A DNA stretch of 32,000 bases from Candidatus Saccharimonadota bacterium (GCA_963706795.1 OY970170.1:1-32000), one strand, 5' to 3'; positions 1 to 9,866 are shown, counted from the first letter of the stretch. Notes: generated by a model not told the origin, from the letters alone. Numbers and translations: made by a program.

Positions 1-437
1 CGTATTTGTTGGTTGCGAGCGCAAAACAATCACGACTTCTGCGGATTAATGCGATCGTAACGGTAGTAAATTTGGTAGGAAATCTCATCGTTATCCCCTA
101 CTATTCTTTTATCGGTTCAGCTATTGTGACGCTTGCGTGTCAGATCGTGCTTTTTGCGCTCACGGCTCGGGGGACTCGAGATATTTTGCGATTTGATTTT
201 TCGCCGAAGACGACGGGTGCAATCGTACTGGGGGTGAGCATGGCCTATCTCGCGATGCACTATACGGATACATTTATTACACAGATGTCAGAGCGGTTTT
301 TTGGAACTGGCTTTGTTGGAAACTTTGTAGAACTCACGATTGCCGCTGGGCTTTTTACCTGTATTTATGGCGCAATCGTATTTGGACTTGATCGGACTAT
401 GTCACGCATTAATATGATCCCATGACAAAATTTATAG
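1..437 (+). CDS. C-terminal fragment of a MOP-superfamily (Wzx/MurJ-like) flippase membrane protein; 5' end lies outside the window
   Basis: Frame 3 is open from the window edge. Multi-TM hydrophobic sequence (INAIVTVVNLVGNLIVIPYYSFIGSAIVTLACQIVLFAL...). The track ORF stops at TGA 423-425; under code 25 it continues I-P-G-Q-N-L to TAG 435-437. Confidence 0.5.
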
Positions 438-1828
438 ATATCAAAACGCTCGACTACATCGAAAAGGCGAATTTTAAAAATCGCACTTTTGAAGACTGGT
501 TGGTCGAAGTCAAAGAATACAATTGCTCCGGCGACAGCGAAATTCGTGCGATCGAAAAAGCACATTTTTCACTCGAACGCGCAAGCGAAGATCGTGTTCC
601 TGGAACGGATCGCGCTCTCGAAATGGACCAAAAACTCCTGCCAGTTCTGGCTCGAATGGAGCATTACGGTGTGTATGTTGATCGCAATGAGCTTCAGAAT
701 GTTGCGACAGAACTCGCCGAAAAAGCACGTGCTCTTGAGATCGAAATGCGCGAACTCGTGGGTGAGCCATTTAATCCACTCTCTGCAAAACAGGTTCAGT
801 ATATTCTCTACGAAAAACTCGGACTCTCTCCTGGTAAAAAGATCAAGACGGGATTTTCGGTGGATTCTGAGACGCTTGAGGAGCTCGGTAAAACCTGTGA
901 GATCGCCAATATGATCCTCCTCTATCGCGGCTACGAAAAGCTCCGCGGAACCTACGCGGACGGGCTTCAAAAAGAAATCAATGTCCATACAAAGCGCATC
1001 CATACCACCTATCGCGAAACGGTCGCAAGTACTGGTCGACTCTCGAGCGAAAATCCCAATCTTCAAAATATTCCGATGGGAGATGGATATTCTGCGCGTA
1101 TCAAGGCAGCATTTAAGCCACAAAATCCTGATGAAGTCTTTGTAGTTGCGGACTATTCACAGGTCGAGCTTCGTATCTTGGCCATGCTCACTGGTGACGA
1201 ACACCTCATCAGCGCATTCGAATCCAATGAGGATATCCATATGCGAACCGCGAGATTTCTCTTCCCAACAAGCGAGCATATCTCGAGCGAACAACGACGT
1301 ATCGCAAAATCCGTAAACTTTGGAGTTATCTATGGGATCACTGGATTCGGACTCTCCAAAATGATCAAAGCGAGCCCCAAAGAAGCGACGCTCTACATCG
1401 ACACATTCTTTGCAAAATACCCACAGGTAAAGGCGTACTACCGCGACCTCCTCGACCAAGCCCGCCTCACCGGCTACGTCGAAACCTATTTTGGACGCCG
1501 TCGTTATGTCAAAGGCCTCACGGACGCAAACTCCATGATGCGAGCCGCAGCCGAACGCGAAGCTATGAATATGCCCATCCAAGGAACTGGTGCAGATGTC
1601 GTAAAACTCGCCATGATCGAAATCCAAAAGCGACTCGATGCCAAACCCGAGCTCTGAAATCTCATCATGCAAGTCCACGACGAACTCGTATTTGAGTGCA
1701 AAAAGGACCAAGCCGATGCCCTCGAAAAGGTCGTCCGAGAAGTCATGGAAGGTGTATTCCCTCACGACCGAGTCAAACTCAAGGTCGATATCCATAGAGG
1801 AGAGAACTGGAGTACAGCGAAAGGGTAA
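422..1828 (+). CDS. polA: DNA polymerase I, polymerase domain only (about 468 aa, no 5'-nuclease or 3'-5' exonuclease domain)
   Basis: Family-A motifs DYSQVELRILA, RRIAKSVNFGVIYG and QVHDELVFE. The last motif lies downstream of in-frame TGA 1655-1657 in the same frame. In-frame TAA at 410-412 blocks any N-terminal extension. Stop TAA 1826-1828. Confidence 0.9.
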
Positions 1829-1838
1829 TTACATATTT

Positions 1839-2483
1839 ATGAAAACCGAATCCGAATACCTTGCAGATACCATCCGTGTCTATGATGCAGATGCGCTGAC
1901 TTTTGCCAAAAGCGTAGCCGAGCAAGAGTGACTGAGTGAATATTACGCTCGTTTTACTGTATTACTCACTGGAAAGAAAGTCCTAGATCTCGGATGTGGT
2001 TCAGGACGAGATATGAGTCATTTTGTTGAACTCGGACTTGATGCTCATGGCATCGATCTCAGCAGTGAACTCATAAAAGTCTGCAAGCAAAACCCCCTCA
2101 TTGCAGACCGCGTATCTATTGGGAATATTCTCGAAATCGATCAAGATTTTGAGGCAGGTACATTCGACGGTATTTGGATGTTCTGAGCGCTCGTCCATAT
2201 GAGCAAAGAGCTCGGTGCCGAGTCGATTGCAAAAGCTTCAAAACTCCTCACAAGCAAGGGGACACTCCTCCTTTCTCTGAAGTGGCAAACAGAAGGAGCT
2301 CCTGCAGAAATTATCAAAGAAAGTCGTTCAATCCCCTGAGTCGTAAAGCGCTACGTCTATTTTACAGAATCCGAAATCCAAGAAATTTTAACGAAAAACA
2401 ACTGTAAATCTCTCTGGATAGACAAAAAATTACCAGAAAATGGACGCGATGGCTGGATTGTAATTCTTGGCCAGAAGGTCTAA
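1839..2483 (+). CDS. Class I SAM-dependent methyltransferase
   Basis: Motif I VLDLGCGSGRD, then a FDGIWMF-G-ALVHM post-I region. Three in-frame TGAs (1929, 2184, 2337) join fragments in one frame. Stop TAA 2481-2483. Confidence 0.8.
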
Positions 2484-2504
2484 AACAGACAAAACTCAAT
2501 AACC

Positions 2505-2530
2505 AAAAAGACCCTTCGTGGGTCTTTTTT
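2505..2530 (+). terminator. Rho-independent terminator (AAAAAGACCC-TTCGT-GGGTCTTTTTT)
   Basis: GC-rich stem flanked by an A-run and a T-run, 22 nt after the methyltransferase stop. Identical 26-mer recurs at 3144..3169. Confidence 0.75.
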
Positions 2531-2540
2531 CTCTCAATAG

Positions 2541-2569
2541 TTGACAACTAACTTTTTAGGGGATAATCA
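2541..2569 (+). promoter_or_regulatory. Sigma70-like promoter for the 2633 gene
   Basis: TTGACA at 2541-2546; GATAAT/TAATCA-like -10 at about 2562-2569 (15-17 nt spacer). AGGAGG Shine-Dalgarno at 2622-2627. Confidence 0.4.
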
Positions 2570-2632
2570 TCTGAAGTCTGATTTAAATAATCAGTTCTCA
2601 AAATTCGTCTCAAACACAAATAGGAGGCTGTG

Positions 2633-3106
2633 ATGATGTATATCAACTACATTGTAACAAGAGCAAAAGCAGACAAATTTTTTGCAGGCTATCTCGCATT
2701 GTTTGTCATTCATTTTTGCTTAGGTATCTGGGGTGTTCATCATGTCTATCAGTGGATAACTCCATCAGGTAAGACTGGAATGCAAGAAGAAATATACGGA
2801 CAACTGGTTCAAGCGACTCAACTCATTTTGGTCTACGAAGGCATGTTCTATTTTTCCGAGCATACATTCAACAAGCCATTCATGGGCTATAAGATAAATC
2901 GTAGCATGGTAGCCGTCTTTGGCGTGATGATACTTGCCTACATGGTAATGGCTCATCTACGTGTCAGTAGTGGCTACGGAGCAATCGTCTTTGCCGCTAC
3001 AGTCTTCCCACCAATTATCTACTGGCTGCTGGTGCAGACAAGGAAAGTAATTCCTCCACCAACGTATCAAAGAAAACGGAAATATACCAAGATGACTGAC
3101 TATTAA
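2633..3106 (+). CDS. Hypothetical roughly 4-TM membrane protein
   Basis: Strong SD AGGAGG 5-8 nt upstream of ATG 2633/2636. Hydrophobic segments. No TGA codon. Stop TAA. Mixed Leu codon usage, unlike the neighbours. Confidence 0.65.
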   Translation: MMYINYIVTRAKADKFFAGYLALFVIHFCLGIWGVHHVYQWITPSGKTGMQEEIYGQLVQATQLILVYEGMFYFSEHTFNKPFMGYKINRSMVAVFGVMILAYMVMAHLRVSSGYGAIVFAATVFPPIIYWLLVQTRKVIPPPTYQRKRKYTKMTDY

Positions 3107-3143
3107 TTCACCATGCCCAATAAACGCATGGTTCCTCAACAAA

Positions 3144-3169
3144 AAAAGACCCTTCGTGGGTCTTTTTTA
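3144..3169. terminator. Bidirectional rho-independent terminator, exact copy of 2505..2530
   Basis: Same 26-mer AAAAAGACCCTTCGTGGGTCTTTTTT with A-run and T-run on both sides. The TAA stop (3167-3169) of the convergent minus-strand gene sits in its 3' edge. Confidence 0.75.
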
Positions 3170-4102
3170 AGCGAAGATGATCGCGGCATACCAGTCTCGG
3201 CGGGCGAGCTCTCAGTTGTAATTGCGGAGTGCAGTAAATGTACGGGCGCTTTCTGGGAAGTATTTCATCTCATAATTGAGGCCTTCAGTGAGGTCTTTTT
3301 TAGTGAGTTCTGGAGCGGAGAATACTTTGCGAGCGTCATTGATCGTAGGGATAAATCCCTTGAGATTGGTGACGATATCAAAGGTTTGTTTGCAGATTTG
3401 TTCTTCTGGGATTTCTTCTGCGGAGCTATAGAGTGCGGCATAATAGACAAGACCAAGGGTTGTATTCGCGTACGAATTGGTCACATTTCGACGAAGGACT
3501 TCGAGCGCCTTCATATATTGATCGATGCGAATATTGTCAGCCCTAAGTGTATGAATAGCGGTCTTTACATCGCTCTGTGGAATCGAGTGAATCGCACGGA
3601 GTGGAAGTTTTTGGAAGAATTTTGCATAGCGCGCAAAGCCGCGATTGTCCGTGATACGCATCATCATGTCATCAAACACCGAAGACGTAAGCTGAAAATC
3701 TCATCGTGCACCCGTCTCAGATTTGAGAATCTTGCCACCATGCGACTCATGGAACCAGAGTCTTGAGGCGATTACAGGCGAGATATCAAACCCTTTGGCA
3801 AGTGTGTGAACATAGGTTTTGATGCTCGGATCAAACGTCAGACTCATTTGGCCTGCATCGATTTTATAGAGTTCCTTGTTGTAGGTTTTGAGGCGCTCTT
3901 TTCGGTAATCATTCGCAAATTTACGTTCGCGTTCACGGAGATTATTACGGATCCAAACAACATCTGAAGCACGGGCCTGGACGCTCGATATAATTCCAGT
4001 AATTGCCAGGGCTCCAGAGGCCACTAAAAAATGTCTCTTAGAATGAGACTCTAGCTGGGTTTCCTGGGATTCGAGGGTTGGTGAAAAACGAGAAAAAGTC
4101 AT
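3167..4102 (-). CDS. Secreted or membrane-anchored lytic transglycosylase (SLT domain)
   Basis: Track ORFs 3701..4102 and 3212..3679 are in the same frame and joined by TGA 3701-3703. The join reads WFHESHGGKILKSETGAR-G-DFQLT, which is the SLT catalytic E-S and GAxGxxQ motif with TGA at the conserved Gly. A second TGA at 3212-3214 adds 14 codons before TAA 3167-3169. N-terminal hydrophobic anchor HFLVASGALAITGIISSVQA. Confidence 0.8.
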
Positions 4103-4185
4103 AGGTTTTTAGATGGAGTGATCGTATCAGATGATTTTTTGCAATACAAACTTTGTTTGGCTCATCCCTTCCATATAATTCGCAC

Positions 4186-4545
4186 ATGTCATCAACCTCC
4201 TCCCGCAGAAACGAAGTCCTCTTTGGACTTCTTGCACCTGTTATCCAAAATATTTCCCGCGAACACCTCGAAGGATTTGGACGAATCGTCCTCATCCGCA
4301 CAGAGCTCGCAGGCGATGGAATGTATCTCGATTGCACTATCAGCTCCGAAATCAATGGTCTCGCATGTGCAAAGGCACTTCGAGATTTTGAACCTATCGT
4401 CAAAAAGACGATCGCTTCTGCAAAGATCCTTGGTAAGATGCCAAAGATCCGATTTAAATTCGATACCAAGGCAACAAACGCCGCTTCCGTAGAAGATATA
4501 CTTCGTGAAATCGAGACAAAATATGATCTCAGTAGCGAGAATTAA
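4186..4545 (+). CDS. rbfA: Ribosome-binding factor A
   Basis: 119 aa. RRNEVLFGLLAPVIQNISRE...IVLIRTELAGDGMYLDCTIS...PKIRFKFD matches the RbfA layout (N-terminal R-rich helix, V-x-V-S-x-D-like strand, C-terminal P-x-L-x-F-x-x-D). Stop TAA. Confidence 0.6.
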   Translation: MSSTSSRRNEVLFGLLAPVIQNISREHLEGFGRIVLIRTELAGDGMYLDCTISSEINGLACAKALRDFEPIVKKTIASAKILGKMPKIRFKFDTKATNAASVEDILREIETKYDLSSEN

Positions 4546-5539
4546 ACGTATTCTCACGGGATTGAAGCGGAAGTTTTCTAATCGGAAATTTCGCAAAAAT
4601 GCCGAAAAAGAACGCTCCCAAAAATTCCTCTTCGAGAATACAAAAAAACCTCGAGCGAGCTTTTTTGAGATGTATCAAAAAGCTCGACGCGGTGCATATT
4701 TTAGACCCTTCTATTCAGCATTCGAAAAAAACGCAAATGAGTTCCGCGTAGCCTTTAGTGTGATTGGGGTGCTTCTCATTTTTTTGACGGTATATATTAC
4801 GCTCCTCTCGCCATATTTTAGGATTTCTCCGAATAGAGTCATCATCGAACCAGCACAAGGAGATGATTTTTCGGATATCAATATTGCCTATAAAGCGATC
4901 GAAGATATCTATGGGAAATCTCTTTGGTTCACGACTACGAGCGAAATCACCAATGCGATACAATCGCTCGAAAAAAACATCGGCAAAGTCGATGTTCAGC
5001 GCCTCTATCCAAATGGGCTCAAGATTGTTATCGAATCCTATCCACCCGTATTTACCGTACATTTTAGAGGTCTTGATCGGAAATTTTTACTCTCACAAAA
5101 TGGGATTCTCATACCGGTTCATATAAAGCGTGATGATCTTCCTCCGATGAATATTTATTCGACTGATCTCATCGAATCAGCCTTTTTGGACTACAAAGAA
5201 GCGATCTCCGCGCTTCGCATGAAACGCATCATTGGTCTCACGAATGCGTTCAAGGAGCAGTTCCCAAAAGTGACTATTACTTCGCTCTCATATTACAAGA
5301 CCGAGAACGAGATTCATTTTTTCCTCGAAAATGGGACTCGTATCATCTTCCTCCTCGACGATACGCTCGATAAGGAGTTACAGGCACTCAAGATAACTGA
5401 ATGAAACACACCAGGACTCCTGACTGGATGAGAATTCTTTTATATCGACACACGCATCATCGGTAAAATCTTTACGTGCAAGGACAAAAATCTCTGCACC
5501 AAAAATCTTGAGAAAATCTATGGAAACGCCATTAATTAG
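4523..5539 (+). CDS. ftsQ: Cell division protein FtsQ/DivIB-like (TM plus POTRA); start uncertain (4505, 4523 or 4670)
   Basis: TM segment FSVIGVLLIFLTVYITLL, then a POTRA-like region (ISPNRVIIEPAQ...VDVQRLYPNGLKIVIESYPPVF). TGAs at 5402 and 5429 are read through to give ...YIDTRIIGKIFTC... Stop TAG 5537-5539. Confidence 0.7.
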
Positions 5540-5969
5540 CATTCCGTTCCCCATAAAAGATATTTGGCATGTCATCTACTTTGAAAAAGAGCTGATATTG
5601 GCAGGCATTATTGTAGCTGGTGCACTCATATATTACTGCTATCAGGTCTGGTCGCGTTTTGAGAGTATTGAAGAGATGCATTCTCCTAGGCCAAAAACTA
5701 ACTGGTCAGCACTCTATCGCACCCTCAATCCCAAATCGCCCGATTTTGCGAAGCGCATAGAATCTCTCCTCATCGAATTCGCCGAGCAAGAATTCGCCAT
5801 CACCCTGCGAGACTCGCTTACTGCAGAAGAAAAATCCAGGCTCGTCGCTTCTCCCGAAATCTCTCGTTGCCTGAAACTCGCTCGCGATATTCGGTATTCA
5901 AAATCAGGAGATCAGTCAGCTAAAATCCAAGAACTCGATACTCTCGCATCACGTATTTTTGCACCGTAA
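5520..5969 (+). CDS. Small single-TM protein at the head of the Bat-like operon (architecture resembles DUF4381-type components)
   Basis: One TM (LILAGIIVAGALIYYCYQVW) plus a soluble tail. Its TAA overlaps the next gene's ATG (TAATG at 5967-5971). Confidence 0.5.
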   Translation: METPLISIPFPIKDIWHVIYFEKELILAGIIVAGALIYYCYQVWSRFESIEEMHSPRPKTNWSALYRTLNPKSPDFAKRIESLLIEFAEQEFAITLRDSLTAEEKSRLVASPEISRCLKLARDIRYSKSGDQSAKIQELDTLASRIFAP

Positions 5970-6988
5970 TGCATTTTGTTTTTTTCGCTCCTGAATTCCT
6001 CGTATTGGGCTTTGTTGCTCTTTTTTGGATTGGGTGAATCCTCTGAGAGAAGCGTTTCGCGATCTATTTCCGAAGTGGTACGCAGACAGATGCTTGAGCT
6101 TCAAAAAATAGAATATTTCGAGCAGCCCTCTGAGCAATGAGTATCATTTTACTCTCGATTGGGATGGCCGATCCACGGATCACCGAGACGCACAAAGATA
6201 CTTCAAAAAATGGGATCGATATTGCAATCGTGCTCGATATCTCAAAGAGCATGCTCGCAGAAGACATCTCACCAAGTCGCATCACAGCAGCAAAAAAGGC
6301 GATCATACGATTCATCGAGGCACGTCCAAATGATCGTATTTCGCTCACAATTTTTGCGGGGAAACCTTTTTTGTTATCACCACTCACCTTTGATAGCACG
6401 GTGCTTGTGCAGATCGTAGGGAGTATCGGAGTGGATTCGATCAAACAGGAAATCCCTGGTTTTTCGGGAACTGCTATCGGCGATGGTCTGCTTCTTGGCT
6501 ATCAAAGCCTCGAAAGCGAGCCCACACGCGAAAAAATCATCGTCCTTCTTACTGATGGCGAAGCCAATCTTGGCATCGATCCCAAGGCGAGTGCGCTCTA
6601 TGCCAAAGAAAAAAACGTCAGCATCTACACCATTGGCCTCTGAAATCCCAAAGGCACTGAGCTCTACACAACTGAGATAAACGGCGACAAAAAATATTTT
6701 GTCGATGGACAAAAGAATCCCATCATCGCCACCATCGATGAGAAACTTCTAACATATATAGCCGAAAGTACTGGTGGAAGTTATGCCAATGCTACGAGTT
6801 CAAACGCACTCTCGAGTATTTTTGAGAAGCTTTCAAAACTGAGACTTCGTCCGATTGTGGATAATTCGGTGATTACAGAAAATACCCCACTGAGCCCCTA
6901 TAGTTTTGGACTCGCGATTTTGTGCATGCTCGTGCTTCTCTTGCTTGAGAGGAAGCGACTAGATTCTTGACTGGGATCCGCATGGTAA
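5969..6988 (+). CDS. BatA-like membrane-anchored von Willebrand factor A (VWA) protein
   Basis: N-terminal TM region recovered only by reading TGAs at 6035, 6044, 6095 and 6131 as sense. VWA MIDAS motif DIAIVLDISKSM, LLTDGEAN, C-terminal TM. Further TGAs at 6641 and 6968. Stop TAA 6986-6988. Confidence 0.85.
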
Positions 6989-7917
6989 TATCAATCTTTA
7001 TCGCTCTTGTGGTGGGAGTCATCGGACTCTACTTGCTTTTTTTGAAGCCAAAACCTGCGATCGCCAATGAGAGCAAGAACTATAGAGTGATACAGCTCCT
7101 CTTTATACTCAAAAGACTACTGATATTAACAGGGGTGATCTGACTCTCCGCTATCTCAAGCTGGCTCATCATCACAGGAAGTGCTTTTTCGATCGCACAA
7201 GGCTCCAAAATGATCATTCTGGTCGATGTTTCCAAGAGCATGCTTACTGTAGATATCGTATCTGGCGGGACAAAAATCTCACGGCTCGATGTTGCAAAAT
7301 CAAAAGCGATCGAGATGATACGGACATTTGCATGACATCCGATTTCGATCATCGCATTTGCCTGAGAAAGTCGCACTATTACGCCATTTACTACTGACAG
7401 TGAATCAAATATCAATGCAGTGACGACCCTCTTGCCTGAGAGCGTCTCTGTTGGCTGATCTGAGATAGTGACTACACTCGTAGACGCTCTGGCAATATTT
7501 GAGCCGTCTGAAGCTGGTTCGGTCATACTCATGAGCGACGGCGATGATCGTAGTATCGACACGAGTCCACTCGAATCCCTCATCCGTACCCATCAAAAAG
7601 TACATATTTATCCAATCGGAATCGGAGGTGATACTCCATCTCCTCTCGTGCTTGGCAAAGATATCATCGGTAATCTCCGATATAAACAAGTCGATTGAAA
7701 AATCCTCCAAACCAAACTCGAGGATGATAATCTCAAAACACTCGCAAGCATGACTGATGGGAAATATTTCCACTATCTCGACACCGCGTCACTCTCGTCT
7801 GATCAAGCCTCCAGTCCCGAAAAATCCTATTCATGATTGGCTATTGCCTTGAATTTAATGGCAATCCTCATTATGCTCGGACTCATACTCCCCTATCGAT
7901 ACCGATGAAAAAAGTAG
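6982..7917 (+). CDS. BatB-like membrane-anchored VWA protein
   Basis: ATG overlaps the BatA-like stop (ATGGTAA). MIILVDVSKSM MIDAS motif, IIAFA-G-ES with TGA 7363-7365 at the conserved Gly, LMSDGDD, C-terminal TM. Seven in-frame TGAs. Stop TAG 7915-7917. Confidence 0.85.
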
Positions 7918-8810
7918 CTTTTGCGATCTTGATTATGCTCCTTGTGACTCTCTTTTGAGTGCGTACTTGGGGGATTTCGATGATCCAAAATGAGATGCTT
8001 GTAGCTGCATCAAAACAATCCTGGATCGATAATGCTGACAGATTCCTTATCGCACATAGTCTCTACCTCAGATGAAGCGGAAGTATCGCCCGAGATCTCT
8101 GGCAACAAACGATTGATCCTACAAAAAAATCGGAGAATAACCTGTATGCACTTCATAATATCGGCAATACGTATGTCGATGAAGCGCAATCTCAAAAACA
8201 GATCAACACCCAGATTTCCCTGCTTTTAGATGCAAAAACTGCATACGAATCTGCTCTCAAAAATGGATCAGACGCCGAAACTGAGTCCAATCTTGAAGCT
8301 GTCATCAAAATCCTTGAGAAGCTCCAGGCCAAGCAAGAAGAACAAAAAAAAGAATCCGCGCAGGATTCAAATTCGGATGCAAATATACCGTCATGAACAA
8401 CTGGAAGTGGCGCAACTTCCTTAACTGGATCAACGGATTCACAAGATCAAGGCAATAAAACCTCTAGTGGAAGCAATGATGCAGCTGCAAGCTCGAGTGG
8501 CTCACAGAGTGCTACAGGATCGGCAAGTATTCCAAAAAACAATGGATCCCTCTTCACTAATCAAGGCAAGACAGAATCCACTGGCAGAGACTTTGGATCA
8601 GGCACATGAGAATCCCTCAATCCCGACGAAAAAAACAAGATCGAGAGTATTCTCAGAGATATAGACCAGCTCCAAAAACAACGCAGCGATTACACGCGAC
8701 CTGATGGTACTAAAGCTCCAACTACCGGCGGACTCTTCGAGCAATTTCTCAAATCTGATCCCCTGTTTGAGGATCTACAAAATGGTGGAAGTGGGAAGCG
8801 AGATTGGTAA
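7905..8810 (+). CDS. BatC-like TPR-containing protein with a Ser/Gly/Thr-rich linker
   Basis: ATG 7905 overlaps the upstream gene by 13 nt. Signal/TM MKKVAFAILIMLLVTLF; TPR-like NLYALHNIGNTYVDEAQ...AKTAYESALKNGSDAETESNLEAV. Four in-frame TGAs. Stop TAA 8808-8810. Missing from the track because the frame lacks internal start codons between TGAs. Confidence 0.6.
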
Positions 8811-8821
8811 AGACTTCGTTT

Positions 8822-8855
8822 AATTACTTTTTATTGAACTTAAAAGTAATTTTCT
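8822..8855 (+). terminator. AT-rich hairpin terminator after the Bat-like operon
   Basis: AATTACTTTT (8822-8831) pairs with AAAAGTAATT (8842-8851), a 10-bp stem followed by a T-run. It overlaps the last codons of the convergent gene. Confidence 0.45.
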
Positions 8856-9699
8856 CGGTATCTGAAGGTATTGGAAAGTATTCGTTCGCCTGTGGGTGAT
8901 CTTTATACCAAAGATTCCGAGACTCCGTAATATCTCTCTCTACTCAATCTAATGACGTAATAATTACAGCACTAGTAAGACATGTTCATTGTGATAGACA
9001 TCGATCAAGTTCGTTATTCACAAAAAGTATTCCACTTCCAGTTCAAAGATGACTCACATAATTCGAGACAATCTTAACATTTTTTGCACGAATCTTTCAG
9101 TGTCTTGGGATAAAAATCTGTGTACCCACTGGATATTGAACACGGTATGTTACTTCGCTCGACACTTCAGGAATAAAGTCTTTGATGTATCTATCCGTCT
9201 GAGTAGCACAGTAAATTGATGGATGAGCTTCATCTCATGAAGACATCTTAAACGTATTTATAGAGAATTTTTCATATTTTCTCTGGATAAATCAACCCTG
9301 CAGTATTTTTTTGATTCAAAAAATTCTGTCATCTTGTGAGTGTGTTATATCTGGAATATAGACACTATTCTGAGTCGCTTTCGCATCTTTTCTTTGTCCT
9401 ATGCACAGATATTCAAATTGCGTCGATTCCTGGATAGCACCACTTCAAGATATACCTGGAAGATTTACAATTCACCCACTGCCCTGATACGATGAATAGT
9501 ATGCATCCCACGAAATTTCGTTGAGTCACATCATTGTTTGCCCTGTCTGTAGAACCTTGTTGAACGGATTAGCATCTGCATTTAAGAGAATAGGCAGACT
9601 TAGTTCGTATTTTGAAGTAGCAAATGTGCATTGTGTTATTCAAATAAAAAGCACGAACACTAGAATATTTAAGGAGGTACGAATAGGGCTTATCATCAT
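8824..9699 (-). CDS. Hypothetical secreted protein, 291 aa, 11 in-frame TGA codons (absent from the supplied ORF track)
   Basis: On the minus strand, the frame with codon starts equal to 1 mod 3 has no TAA or TAG between 8827 and 9741. ATG-ATG at 9694-9699. N-terminal signal-like MMISPIRTSLNILVFVLFIGITQC. Stop TAA (plus-strand TTA 8824-8826). TGAs fall in Gly-plausible contexts (SGGIV, ISGSG, HLGTGSG). Confidence 0.65.
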
Positions 9700-9866
9700 A
9701 GTTTCAGTGGATAAGATTATTAAAAGCAGTATAAATATATATTAAAAATACTTGAAAAGTAAACAAAAAAACGTATGTTACGCTGGCATTATTGATATGC
9801 TGCGTACATTGGGTAACTCAGCATACAAATGCAATTCATTAACATTCTTTTGGAAGGATTTAAGTC

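Noticed and set aside
569-1795. Long minus-strand ORFs 569..1123 (184 aa) and 1157..1795 (212 aa)
   Set aside because: They are antisense to the well-supported polA gene, have low-complexity, junk-like sequence, and show no start context.
2536-2546. Shared 11-mer AATAGTTGACA at 2536..2546 and 22506..22516 as a specific regulatory motif linking the two TGA-free cassettes
   Set aside because: Shared 11-mers are expected by chance many times in 32 kb. The match is mostly the -35 consensus itself. It is kept only as promoter evidence.
3113-3766. Plus-strand ORF of 217 aa
   Set aside because: It is antisense to the SLT-domain gene, whose motif and frame continuity are convincing, and it begins inside a terminator hairpin.
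4038-4596. ORFs 4038..4469(-), 4118..4492(+) and 4192..4596(-) overlapping rbfA
   Set aside because: They are mutually overlapping alternative frames. Only the 4186..4545 frame gives an RbfA-like sequence.
7080-7773. Minus-strand ORFs 7080..7583 and 7405..7773
   Set aside because: They are antisense to the BatB-like VWA gene, which has MIDAS motifs and operon coupling.
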